A stretch of DNA of 37,412 nt from Malacoraja senta (lineage: Eukaryota): NCBI GenBank assembly GCA_038087875.1, contig JAXLNO010000138.1, positions 1-37,412 of the forward strand. Reading direction: 5' to 3'. Both the position numbers and the translations under genes were made by a program. Positions 19,798-28,750 of this stretch are shown here, one piece after another (the first letter of the stretch is position 1; each line of letters begins with the position of its first letter). The notes beneath the pieces are model-generated. The model searched no databases, was not told where the DNA came from, and saw nothing but the letters and a program-made list of their open reading frames with translations.

Positions 19798-22700
19798 ATG
19801 CATGCATATGTGTGCGCATGTGTTTGTGTGCATGCATGCATATGTGTGTTTGTGTGTACATGCACGTCTGTGTGTGTGCATGTGTGTGCATGCTAGCATG
19901 TGTGTGCATGTGTTTGTGAGCATGCATGCACATGTGTGTGTGTGTACATGCACGTCTGTGTGTGTGCATGTGTGCGTGAGCGCATGCGTGTGTACATGTG
20001 TGTGAGCATGTGTGCGTGCATGCATATGTCTGCTCATGTGTGTGCGTGCATACATGCATGTGTACATGTGTGTGTGCGCGCGTGTGTGTGCGTACATGTG
20101 TAGGTGTGTGTGTGTGTGCATGTGTGTGTGCGTGTGTGCAGTGTTGTGGCATGCAGTGGTGCTGGTGTCTGCCGCCAGTCTCCCACCTTGAGGAAGCCGA
20201 TCACAGCGACGGGGACTGATCTGATGAAGGTCTCCGCTCTGGAGACGGTGGTCAGAATCCGGACCGGCCTCATCACATCTGGAAACAAGCACAGCGACAC
20301 CGCACTGGGTCACGTCTGCAGTCTCTGTGGCCCGGCGTAGCGAAATACCGTTAAGTAGCAATGTTACAACATTTTGAGATTTTAAAAATCAAGTCTGCAA
20401 TTTATCCCATCAGATAAAGCATAAAATGAAGTTTAATTTGACACCTAATTCACTTTCATATCTTCAGTATTAAAAAAGTTATGGCCATTTTCATACTCTG
20501 AAATTAGCATCTTGTTCCCTATTGCTTTTCCATTGACTTAACTCAAAAGCTGTGATCAAGGACAGTCAAAAGCCCATAACTTTCTTAAAAATTAAGAGAA
20601 CTAAAAGAAATTGTCAGTTATTATAGATTGAAGCATTCTGAAACAAATATAAAACATCTTACTTGGATGACCTGAAATTAAAGCATATAATTAGTTAGTT
20701 ACCTAATTGTAGCTAATTACAAAATTCAATTACTAGAGAAGCCTGTGTCCAAATAACACTCACACAAGAATTCACAATATAACATGATTTTTATATCTCA
20801 TTGTCATGAATTTATAGGCCAAATGGAAGGAATTTATTGTTTAATTCCCGTAAATTAATGGGCATTTTAATCATCTTGCGAGTGGGTTTTTGTGGAACGC
20901 GATCGATTGAAACGTTGCGATTGCGGTGAATTTGAACGCTATATCGGCAGGAAAAACACTGCCGGTTCGTAAGGGGCCAAAATCACATTTTCGCCAAGGA
21001 AATTTTGATTAAAGTCATCCTAAGAAGCAAGTTTATATGTAAAATAGACGACTTACATTTTGTTTTGTCTCCTACGTGAGATCCGTCCCGTTGTAGGCGT
21101 TGACGGCGTTAGAAGTAGCTTTTTATTTTACTCCAGCGATTAAATTGTCCCGCGATTATTTTTTTTAACTTCCGAGAACGGAAGTCGGAACGATTTTTCT
21201 GCAGCGGCTTAACAGCCTGAGGAAATCCATCTCGGACAGGCAGGAGAAAACGGCATATTTAATCCCGCCCCCCCCCCCTCCCCCTCAAAGGTGCCAAAGT
21301 CACGCACACGGCCAGTGGCAGAACTGCAGCGCCGCTGAAGGTAAGTTTTGTAACATCGCTACGTTAAGCTGGGAAGAGTGTTGAGAACAATTACAACGAT
21401 GTTGCCAGGACTCGGGCGGCAGAGTGGCACAGCGGTAGAGTTGCTGCCTCACAGCGCCAGAGACCCGGGTTCCATCCTGTCTGTACGGAGTTTGTACGTT
21501 CTCCCCGTAACCGCGTGGGTTTTCTCCGGCATCTTCAGTTTCCTCCCACATTCCAAAGACGTGCAGGTTTGTAGGTTAATTGGCTCGGTATCAATTAAAA
21601 ATCTTCCCTAGCGTGTGTCAATGTGCGGGGATCGCTGGTCGGTGCGGACTCGGTGGGCCGAAGGGCCTGTTTCCGTGCTGTATCTCTGAACTAAAAAAAT
21701 AAACTGAACTAGACTCGAGGGCTTGAGCTAGAGGGGGAGGCTGGGCAGGCTAGGACTTTATTCCTTGGAGTGCAGGGAACTGAGGAGTGATCTTATAGAG
21801 GTGTATAAAATAATGTGGAGAATAGATAGGGGAACACATGGAGTAGGGTAAGCAAAAACCAGAGGACACAAGTTTAAAGCGAGAGAGGAAATATTCAATT
21901 GGAACTTGAGGGGCAACTTTTTTCACACTGAGTCGTGCAAACTCTGGAGTTTAGAAGGATGAGAGGATATCTTATTGAAACATATAAGATCATTAAGGGC
22001 TTGGACACGCTGGAGGCAGGAAACATGTTCCCGATGTTGGGGGAGTCCAGAACCAGGGGCCACAGTTTAAAAATAAGGAGTAAGCCATTTAGAACGGAGA
22101 CGAGGAAACACTTTTTCTCACAGAGAGTTGTGAGTCGGTGGAATTCTCTGCCTCAGAGGGCGGTGGAGGCAGGTTCTCTCGATACTTTCAAGAGAGAGTT
22201 AGATAGGGCTCTTAAAGATAGCGGAGTCAGGGGATATGGGGAGAAGGCAGGAACGGGGTACTGATTAGGGATGATCAGCCATGATCACATTGAATGGCGG
22301 TGCTGGCTCAAAGGGCCGAATGGCCTACTCCTGCACCTATTGTCTATTGTCTATAATATGGAAAGAGCTGCCAGAGACAGTGGGTGAGACAAGTACAATA
22401 ACCACAGTTAAAGGACAGGTACGTGGAGAGAAAATGTTTAGAGGTACGTGGGCCGAATGAACTGCAGAGTAGACGGGATACAACTGGGTGGGCCAAAGTA
22501 CGACATCACATCAACATGGCCGCCCTACCAGTGCGACACCTCCTAAGTACCTCCTAAAAAACCTCTGACAGGATTTTTTAACAAAAATTAATGTGATCAA
22601 ATATTGCAAGAATATATACAAGACAAAACGAAACCAAACAAACCCACCACCATAATACAATGTCACCCAATTATCTAAACAAATATTCTTAAATGTCAAA

Positions 22701-25066
22701 TACACTCTTAACGACTATGTCGTTTAGGAATACATCCTTAACATTCTTGTTAAGGATGTATTCCACACCCCGCGGTGCCCAGCGGTCCCAGGAAATCCCC
22801 CGGGTGCCTGTGGACAGCGCGTGGTCCCTCTCTAGTGCCACCCGGGCGCGGACGTAACCCCGGGAGAGGGGCAGGCAGCCGGCTCGGGCAGAGCCCTCTT
22901 CCGCCCCCTGCGTCTACATGGAGTGTGTGAGGCTGCAGCCCCTGTTCCCAATATCTAAAGGGCCTGCTCCTTGCCTTCTGGCTCCTCTTCACTTCACACC
23001 CACCAACCACCCTCATCTTTGGACACCCCTGTGCGTAGGGGAGAGGGTTTGGGGCTGAAGGTGTCCTGGTTGGGTTGCTCCTGGGCCCTGGCCAAGCTGG
23101 GCCATCCGCGAGTCACGGCGCCAGGCGGAAGAGGGCTCTGCCCGAGCCGGCTGCCTGCCCCTTTTCCGGGGTTACGTCCGCGCCCGGGATCCACTGACTT
23201 GCCCTCCACTCCCTTCTGCGGCAAAGAATTTCCACAGATTCACCATCCTCTGACTAAAGAAATGTCCTGCCCATAAGAACGTCCTTTAATTCGTAATTAG
23301 TAATGAGTAAATTGCCTCACCAAACCAACACTAAATTGGTACATAATTTGATAACTATTTCAATCATATGTGATATTTTTTAACTCTTGGCAACCCACTT
23401 TTCTTTTTCCCCAGGTGGATAAAAATGCTGGGGAAACTCAGCGGGTGAGGCAGCATCTATGGAGCGAAGGTATAGGTGACGTTTCGGGCCGAAACGTTGC
23501 CTATTTCCTTCGCTCCATAGATGCTGCCTCACCCGCTGAGTTTCTCCAGCATTTTTGTCTACCTTCGATTTTCCAGCATCTGCAGTTCCTTCTTAAACTT
23601 TTTCCCCAGAACTTTCCCAAGTTCTCTTTCTCCCCATCCTTCTCCCACTTGTGTCTGCCTCCTCTGCTCCAGTTTGTTGACTTGCGTTCTGAAATCAATA
23701 ACTCACCCACGTTTGCAACTGGTTTTTGCTGCCATTTTACCTCATGGTTTGGGCAAGACGACAGAGTGTAGATCGAGAGGTCGATTGTTCCGGACGGATG
23801 CACACAGTTTGGCCGGGGAACTGCTTTCCCACGAACTTCCACCAAGAGCAGTGAGGACGCCCACACGTTTTTGTGCGGGAAGGAACTGCAGATGCTGGTC
23901 TGAACCGAAAATGCCGGAGTAACTCAGCGGGACAGGCAGCATCTCTGGAGAGAAGGAGCGGGTGACATTTCGGGTCGAGACCCTTCATCGGGCACATTTC
24001 GCCTGCCCCACTTTGATGAAGTTCTCCTCCTCTCTCTGTCGAGAGTTCTGCAACACACACTCTCTCTCTCGCCTACCCCCCTCTCTCATGATCCCCCCTG
24101 CTCTCTGACCCCACGCTGCTAGGTTCATAAGTGATCGGGGCAGAATTAGGCCATTCGGCCCATCAAGCCTATTCTGCCATCCAAACATGGCTGATCTGTC
24201 TTTCACCACTCTCCTGCCTTCTCCCCATAACCCCTGACACCCGTACTGATCAACAATCTTATCAATCTCCGCCTTAAACGAAAAAAACGTCACCTATTCC
24301 TTTCCTCCAGAGATGCTGCCTGACCAGCTGAGTAGAGCCCCTGTCCCACTTTCCCGAGTTACTTACGAATTCTCCCGAGTTTTCCCCTTGATTCAAACTC
24401 GGAGAATGTCCGTAGCGAGTCCGTAGATGTTTCGTAGCGGCCCGTAATGCCAGCCGTAGGTACGCGGGGCATCAGGTAAGTCGGGACGCTTCTTCAGCAT
24501 GTTGAAAAATGTCCACCAGTAAAAAATACAGCCCCGAGTACCTACGGCCGGCATCTCCGAGTTTGAATCAAGGGGAAAACCCGGCAGAATCCGTGAGTAA
24601 CTCGGGAAAGTGGGACAGGCCCCTTACTCCAGCTTTTTGTGTCTATATTCGATTTAAACCAGCATCTGCAGTTCTTTCCTGCACATTTGATCGGTCTTTA
24701 CTGGCTTTACCTTGCACTAATTATCCCCTTATTGTGTATCTGTACAGTGTAAATGGCTCCATTGTAATCACGTATTGCACTGTCCGCTGGCTGGATAGCA
24801 GCAACAAAAGCTTTTCACTGTACCTCTGTACACGTGACAATCAACTAAACTGAGACTTATCTTCGGTGTAAAGCAGCATCCACAGTTCCTTCCGACACGA
24901 TCTTTAGATCCCTACCTGGTGAAGGGGGTGGTCTGTGCAATCTCGGTATCTCTTCCTCCGTCTCCTCCTGGTGCTCCCCTTCCTCTTCCGAGGGGGCGGA
25001 GGTGCCGGTGGCGATGAGGGAGGGGAGGGAGAGGAGGACGAGGAGGAGCAGCGGGCCAGAGGGCAT
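8654..25066 (-). CDS. ERP27: ERP27-like ER-resident non-catalytic PDI-family protein, 7 coding exons, 285 aa (whole gene span)
   Basis: Spliced product: [285 protein letters not shown]. All six introns are GT-AG with phases 1,0,0,0,0,0. Motifs VAVIGF, NIxxNTIxLF, LHxVTEYN, IHLLL and SFFKxxExxLPA match ERP27 as I recall it. Signal peptide, b-b' only, and a KDEL-like end. Confidence 0.9.
8761..9380 (+). mobile_element. V-SINE (HE1-like) interrupted by a Harbinger MITE
   Basis: A-box/B-box head, V-domain, tail resumes after the TTA TSD. Confidence 0.85.
8988..9295. mobile_element. PIF/Harbinger-type MITE inserted in a V-SINE
   Basis: TIR AGGGCCTG(A/T)CCCACT..; 3-bp TSD TTA (8985-8987, 9296-9298); uninterrupted SINE copies read gatagtgTTAgtgt. 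Confidence 0.88.
9880..9907 (-). ncRNA. Minimal hammerhead-like core in a PLE 3' fragment (9810-10098)
   Basis: CTGAAGA-C-GGG-TCTCGC-CCC-GAAA-C-GTC. Confidence 0.55.
10351..10820 (-). mobile_element. Penelope-like retroelement 3' fragment (GIY-YIG endonuclease C-terminal part plus pseudo-LTR with hammerhead-like motif)
   Basis: Translation [22 protein letters not shown]...PVAQHFN...H...[23 protein letters not shown] is the PLE GIY-YIG signature; followed by CTGAAGA...GAAACGTT. Confidence 0.9.
10416..10443 (-). ncRNA. Minimal type-I hammerhead ribozyme-like core
   Basis: CTGAAGA-A-GGGT-TTCG-GCCC-GAAA-C-GTT: both core boxes, stem II with UUCG loop, palindromic ACGT in place of helix III; stem I only about 2 bp. 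Confidence 0.65.
10866..11148 (-). mobile_element. Full-length V-SINE (HE1-like)
   Basis: GGTGGCGCAGCGG A-box, GGTTCGATCC B-box, V-domain, (CTAAA)n tail. Confidence 0.9.
11855..12052 (-). CDS. ERP27: ERP27 exon 6 (b' domain)
   Basis: Acceptor ttcttccctcccttc[11 protein letters not shown]...[13 protein letters not shown]; donor GGG|GTGAGT; 198 nt. Confidence 0.93.
12242..12530 (+). mobile_element. Full-length V-SINE (HE1-like)
   Basis: gggcggcacggtggcgcagcggtagag head to ctctaaactaaac tail. Confidence 0.9.
12876..13769 (-). mobile_element. CR1-like LINE fragment abutting the ERP27 exon 5 donor
   Basis: [56 protein letters not shown]. Confidence 0.93.
13770..13895 (-). CDS. ERP27: ERP27 exon 5 (b' domain)
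   Basis: Acceptor tttcccccttcacAG; NASQIF...IHLLL...APEFRGK; donor AAG|GTGAGA; 126 nt. Confidence 0.93.
14055..14720. mobile_element. Two CR1 3' fragments (14055-14300 on -, 14368-14670 on +)
   Basis: [22 protein letters not shown] and 3'UTR motifs. Confidence 0.85.
15155..15722 (-). mobile_element. CR1-like LINE 3' fragment
   Basis: ORF 15252..15707 encodes the RT C-terminus; (CTATTGT)n tail. Confidence 0.93.
15838..16135 (+). mobile_element. Full-length V-SINE (HE1-like)
   Basis: Intact A/B boxes, V-domain and tail. Confidence 0.9.
16458..16577 (-). CDS. ERP27: ERP27 exon 4
   Basis: Acceptor ccgttcccc[10 protein letters not shown]...[10 protein letters not shown]; donor ATG|GTAAGT; 120 nt. 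Confidence 0.93.
16830..17190 (+). mobile_element. CR1-like LINE 3' fragment
   Basis: [27 protein letters not shown]. Confidence 0.9.
17408..17706 (+). mobile_element. V-SINE (HE1-like)
   Basis: A/B boxes, V-domain, tail; ends about 46 nt from the exon 3 donor. Confidence 0.9.
17753..17890 (-). CDS. ERP27: ERP27 exon 3
   Basis: Acceptor ctcctgcccgcAG; DMEPT...[12 protein letters not shown] with N-glycosylation sequon NIS; donor AAG|GTAAGA; 138 nt. Confidence 0.93.
18181..18308. mobile_element. PIF/Harbinger-type MITE
   Basis: Long perfect TIR AGGGCCTGTCCCACTTTCACGACCTAATTCGCG; TSD TAA on both sides. Confidence 0.88.
19273..19355 (+). mobile_element. PLE 3'-end fragment with variant hammerhead core (GGAAC)
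   Basis: ctcagtCTGAAGAAGGGTCTCGACCCGGAACGTCacc. Confidence 0.7.
19511..19640. mobile_element. Truncated Harbinger-type MITE
   Basis: TAA plus AGGGCCTGTCCCACTT left end; interior similar to 24334-24623; no right TIR. Confidence 0.65.
19696..20140. repeat. (GT)n microsatellite plus degenerate alternating purine-pyrimidine tract
   Basis: Nearly pure (GT)n 19696-19796, then GT/GC/AT alternation. Confidence 0.97.
20187..20278 (-). CDS. ERP27: ERP27 exon 2 (start of b domain)
   Basis: Acceptor ttgtttccAG; encodes (D)[30 protein letters not shown]; donor AAG|GTGGGA; 92 nt. Confidence 0.92.
20356..21361. mobile_element. About 1-kb non-autonomous TIR transposon, superfamily uncertain
   Basis: TIR TAGCAATGTTACAACA / TTTTGTAACATCGCTA (14/16); flanking direct repeat CGTTAAG (20349-20355, 21362-21368); AT-rich interior, no ORF. 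Confidence 0.8.
21414..21700 (+). mobile_element. V-SINE (HE1-like)
   Basis: Head, V-domain, tail. Confidence 0.88.
21710..22480 (+). mobile_element. Older CR1 fragment with a younger CR1 (about 21940-22352) nested in it
   Basis: ORF 21935..22264 RT C-terminus flanked by diverged CR1 sequence. Confidence 0.8.
22770..23188. repeat. Unclassified GC-rich element with 65-bp internal inverted repeat
   Basis: 22841-22905 vs 23124-23188 reverse-complementary (63/65); related to 30035-30455. Confidence 0.75.
23415..23597. repeat. Palindrome of two fused inverted PLE 3'-end fragments
   Basis: Arms 23415-23487 and 23489-23562 are near-perfect reverse complements around gtttcgggccgaaac. Confidence 0.85.
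24334..24623. mobile_element. Harbinger-type MITE inserted in a PLE 3' fragment
   Basis: ..CCTGTCCCACTTTCCCGAGTTAC / GTAACTCGGGAAAGTGGGACAGG..; sits at the TTA of gctgagTTActccagc. Confidence 0.8.
24916..25066 (-). CDS. ERP27: ERP27 exon 1 (signal peptide plus acidic/proline-rich linker)
   Basis: ATG at 25066-25064 with G at -3; hydrophobic LLLLVLLSL; donor G|GTAGGG; 151 nt, phase 1 matching exon 2. Confidence 0.85.
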
Positions 25067-25320
25067 GTCGAGCGGCCAGGGAGACTGGGGAATGGAGGCT
25101 CACAGTTCGCCCTGCACTCCGACTGGCACCGGCCCACCGCCAGCTCCTCACTCAAACACACCTTGACCTTGGCTGTCCGCAGGTACAGGTGTGGGAACAT
25201 TACAGGTGGAGGCCTGGCTCTGCGAAACCCAAACTCAAACTCCCATTGTCTCGGTTAATATAAAGCCTGGCCTGAGATTTAGTGCAGATAACGCCTCTGA
25301 GTAGTGAGAACCTGGAATGA
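25067..25320 (-). promoter_or_regulatory. Putative ERP27 5'UTR and proximal promoter
   Basis: Repeat-free stretch upstream of the ATG with a TATA-like TTTATATTAA (25264-25255) and a GATA site (agataa, about 25285); bounded by a SINE at about 25325. Confidence 0.4.
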
Positions 25321-25324
25321 AAAC

Positions 25325-28300
25325 CCGGCACGTTGGCGCAGTGGCAGAGTTGCCTCCTCACAGCGCCAGGGACGCCATGAGGTTCGATCCCGACCTCGGG
25401 TGCTGTCGGTACGGAGTTTGCACCCTCTCCCTTGTGACTGAAGACAGACGCAAAAAAGCTGGAGTAACTCAGCGGGTCAGGCAGCATCTCTGGAGAAAAG
25501 GAATGGGTGACGTTTCGGGTCCAAGTCAAGTCAAGTCACTTTTATTTCTATAGCACATTTAAAAAACAACTCTCGTTGGCCAAAGTGCTTTACATTAGTG
25601 GAGGTACTAACGTTAATACAACATTGGTCCAGACCGTGTGGGTTTTCTCCAGGCGCTCCGGTTTCCTCCCGTACAGCTACCCCACGGAGTTACTCCAGCA
25701 CGTTGTGCCTTTTTGAGTAATAAGCCAGCGTCTGCAGTTCCTTGTCTCTTCAAATCGCTTCCTCCTCAACCAGCAGGTGGCGCAGCGGTAGAGTTGCTGC
25801 CTCACAGCGCCAGGGACCCAGGTTCGATCCTGACCACGGGTGCTGTCTGTACGGAGTTTGCACGTTCTCCCTGCGACCATGTGGGTTTTCTCCGGGTGCT
25901 CCGGTTTCCTCCCACATCCCAAAGATGTTCAGCTTTCTAGGTTAATTGGCTTTAGTAAAAAAGTGCCCCAAGTGCGTAGGATAGAACTAGTGCATGAGTG
26001 ATCGTGGTTGGCACAGAATCGCTGGGCTGAAGGGCCTGTTTCCATGGTTCTCTAAACTAAACCAAACTAAATCACTAATGTAAGGAAAAAGGAACTGCAG
26101 ATGCTGGTTCATACCAACGATAGACACAAAATGCTGGAGTAACTCAGCAGGTCGGGCAGCTTCTCCAGAAATCCAGTGATGTTGCCTGACCCGCTGAGTT
26201 ACTCCAGCATTCTGTGCCTATCTTCCAGTGCAGAGAAGATTTACAAGGATAGGCTTAAGGAGAGAAGGGAAACATTTTATAGGTACCCGAGGATGACATT
26301 TTCACACATGTAGGTGTATGGAACAAGCTGCCAGAGGAGGTAGTTGAGGCAGGTAATATAACAGCAGGTACACAAAAATGCTGGAGAAACTCAGCGGGTG
26401 CAGCAGCATCTATGGAGCGAAGGAGATAGGCAACGTTTTTCGGGCCGAAACCCTTCTTCAGGTAATATAACATAGCTGACAATTTACCATTTACAGAAGC
26501 CAATTAACCTCTTTGGAGTGTGGGAGGAAGCCAGAGCACCTGGGAAAAAACCACGCGGTCGCAGGGAGAACGTGCAAACTCCGTACAGACGGCACCGGCA
26601 GTCAGGACCGAACCCAGGTCTCTGGCGCTGTGAGGCAGCAACTCTACCGCTGCGCCACCGTGCCGCTCTAATCCACGTCGCAGTCCCAATCCCGATCCAG
26701 CTCCAGCTCTTCACTCAGGTCCACATCTAGTTGAGTCCAGCTCCTGATACGAATACAGTCCTGCAGCAAGGTTCAGCAGCCATCACTGTGTGCAGCATGA
26801 AAAATTGATAGAAGGAAATATTGATCGCTTTATTTAGAGTTAGCAACATACTATCAATAATACATGTGTAGGAAGGAACTGCAGATGCCGGCTTAAATCG
26901 AAGATAGACACTGATTCTGAAGAAGGGTCTCGACCCAAAACGTCAGCTATTCCTTCTCTCCAGAGATGCTGCCTGTCCTGCTGTGTTACTCCAGCATTTT
27001 GTGTCCGTCATATTTTATCTGTAATAATATTGCCGTGTCCCTGATCACAACACCTCGCTATGTGGCTGAAAGATTCTCCCCATCTCTCCTTTAGTTCACG
27101 TAGCGTGAACATCTGGGCGGCAAGGTGGCACAGCGGTAGAGTTGCTGCCTCACAGCGCCAGAGACCTGGGTTCGATCCCGACCACGGGTGCTGTCTGTGC
27201 GGAGTTTGCACGTTCTCCCCATGATCCAGCACGGGGCCTGTCGGTCCCCATCTGGTCCACTGTTGAGAAGATGAAAGTGAAGCAGAGACATTAGACTTGA
27301 GACCTTGACACTAGAAGCCCCTTTGAACCATTGTTGTAAGAAGGAACTGCAGATGCTGGTTTAAAACGGAAGGTAGACACAAATGCTGGAGTAACTCAGC
27401 GGGACAGGCAGCATCTCTGGAGAGAAGGAATGGGTAACATTTTGGGTTGAGACTAACTGAAGAAGAGTCTCGACACGAAACGTCACCCATTCCTTCTCTC
27501 CAGGGATGCTGCCTGTCCCGCTGAGTTACTCCAGCATTTTGTGTCTACTATTGATGGTTCCACTGGCAGGTGAGCTGGGGGACCAAAGGACACAAACCCA
27601 CAGTGATTTGGTTTAGTCCAGAGATACAGCGTGGAAACGGGCCCTTCGGCCCATCGAGACCGTGCCGACCAGTTCACTAGCACTATCCTACACACTTGGG
27701 ACAAGTTACAATTGTTACCAAAGCCAATTAACGTACAAAGCCAAACATCTTTGGGAATGTGGGAGGAAACCGGAGCACCCGGATGAAAACCACGCGGGTC
27801 ACGGGGAGAGCGTGCAAACTCCGTACAGGCAGCACCGTAGTCAGGATGGAACCCGGGTCTCTGGCGCTGTGAGGCAGCAACTCTACCGCTGCGCCACCGT
27901 GCCGCCCCTCTGCAAAATTCACGGCTTATCAGCGTGTATGAAGAGAAAAATGTAACAATCCTGCAGATGCTGGAATTTCTGAATTAAAATCAGAAAATCC
28001 TGGAAATGTGGGCGTCAACGTGGCGCAGCTGGTAGAGCCTCTGCCCTCGCAGCGCCGGTGACCCGGGTTCGATCCTGACCTCGGGTGCTGACCGTGTGGA
28101 GTTTGCACGTCCTCCCCGGGACCGCGTTGGTTTTCTCCAGGTGCTCCCCCCACATTACCAGGACATGTAGGGTAATCTATAAGATTGCCCCTAGTGTGTC
28201 GGAAGTGGATGAGGAAGTGGGATAACATGGAAGTAGTGTGATCGGGTGGTCGATGGGCGGCCTGGACTCGAAGGGCAGAATGGTCTCCTTCTCGGTCGTA

Positions 28301-28750
28301 TTCCGAAGAATGCGGGGAAATTCTCATTGAAATGGTAAGTGAAGGTTTTCAGGCTGGGTGCTGGCAGGATCCATTAGAATTCTTTACTACTAAGAGATAC
28401 GGAGCAGAAACAGGCCCTTCGCGCCACTAGGCCCGCGCCAACCAGCGATCACCCCGTACACTTGCACGACCTTACACACTGGGTACAACATTCGATTTAC
28501 CAAACCTGCACGTCTTTGGAGTGCGGTAGGAAACCGGAGCGCCCGGAGGGAAACCCACTCGGTTAGTCCGTAGAGACAGCACCCATAGTCAGGATTGTGC
28601 CTACTATGTTCTGTTGTGCTGAAGCTAAGCAAGAATGTAATTGTCCTATCTGGGACACATGACAATAAAACTCTCTTGAATCTTGGATCTTGGATCGAAC
28701 CCGGGTCTCTGGCGCTGTAAGGCGCCAACTTTGCCGTTTGTGCCACCATG
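25325..28750. mobile_element. Dense patch of V-SINEs (about 25325 +, 25775-26070 +, 26480-26666 -, 27115-27222 +, 27610-27907 -, 28010-28290 +, 28390-28748 -) interleaved with PLE 3'-end fragments
   Basis: Repeated SINE head/V-domain and gctggagtaactcagc motifs. Confidence 0.85.

Noticed and set aside
19275..20361. His/Thr-rich and Cys/Val-rich ORFs
   Set aside because: Translations of the (CA/GT)n microsatellite
23600..23870. Strong plus-strand acceptor and open frame in ERP27 intron 1
   Set aside because: Peptides are unrecognisable and the donor is weak; insufficient support
25186..25197. E-box CAGGTG adjacent to TGGGAA as a pancreatic PTF1 site; also an RBPJ-like TTTCCCACG near 23825
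   Set aside because: Order and spacing do not match the canonical E-box/TC-box arrangement; short motifs are expected by chance
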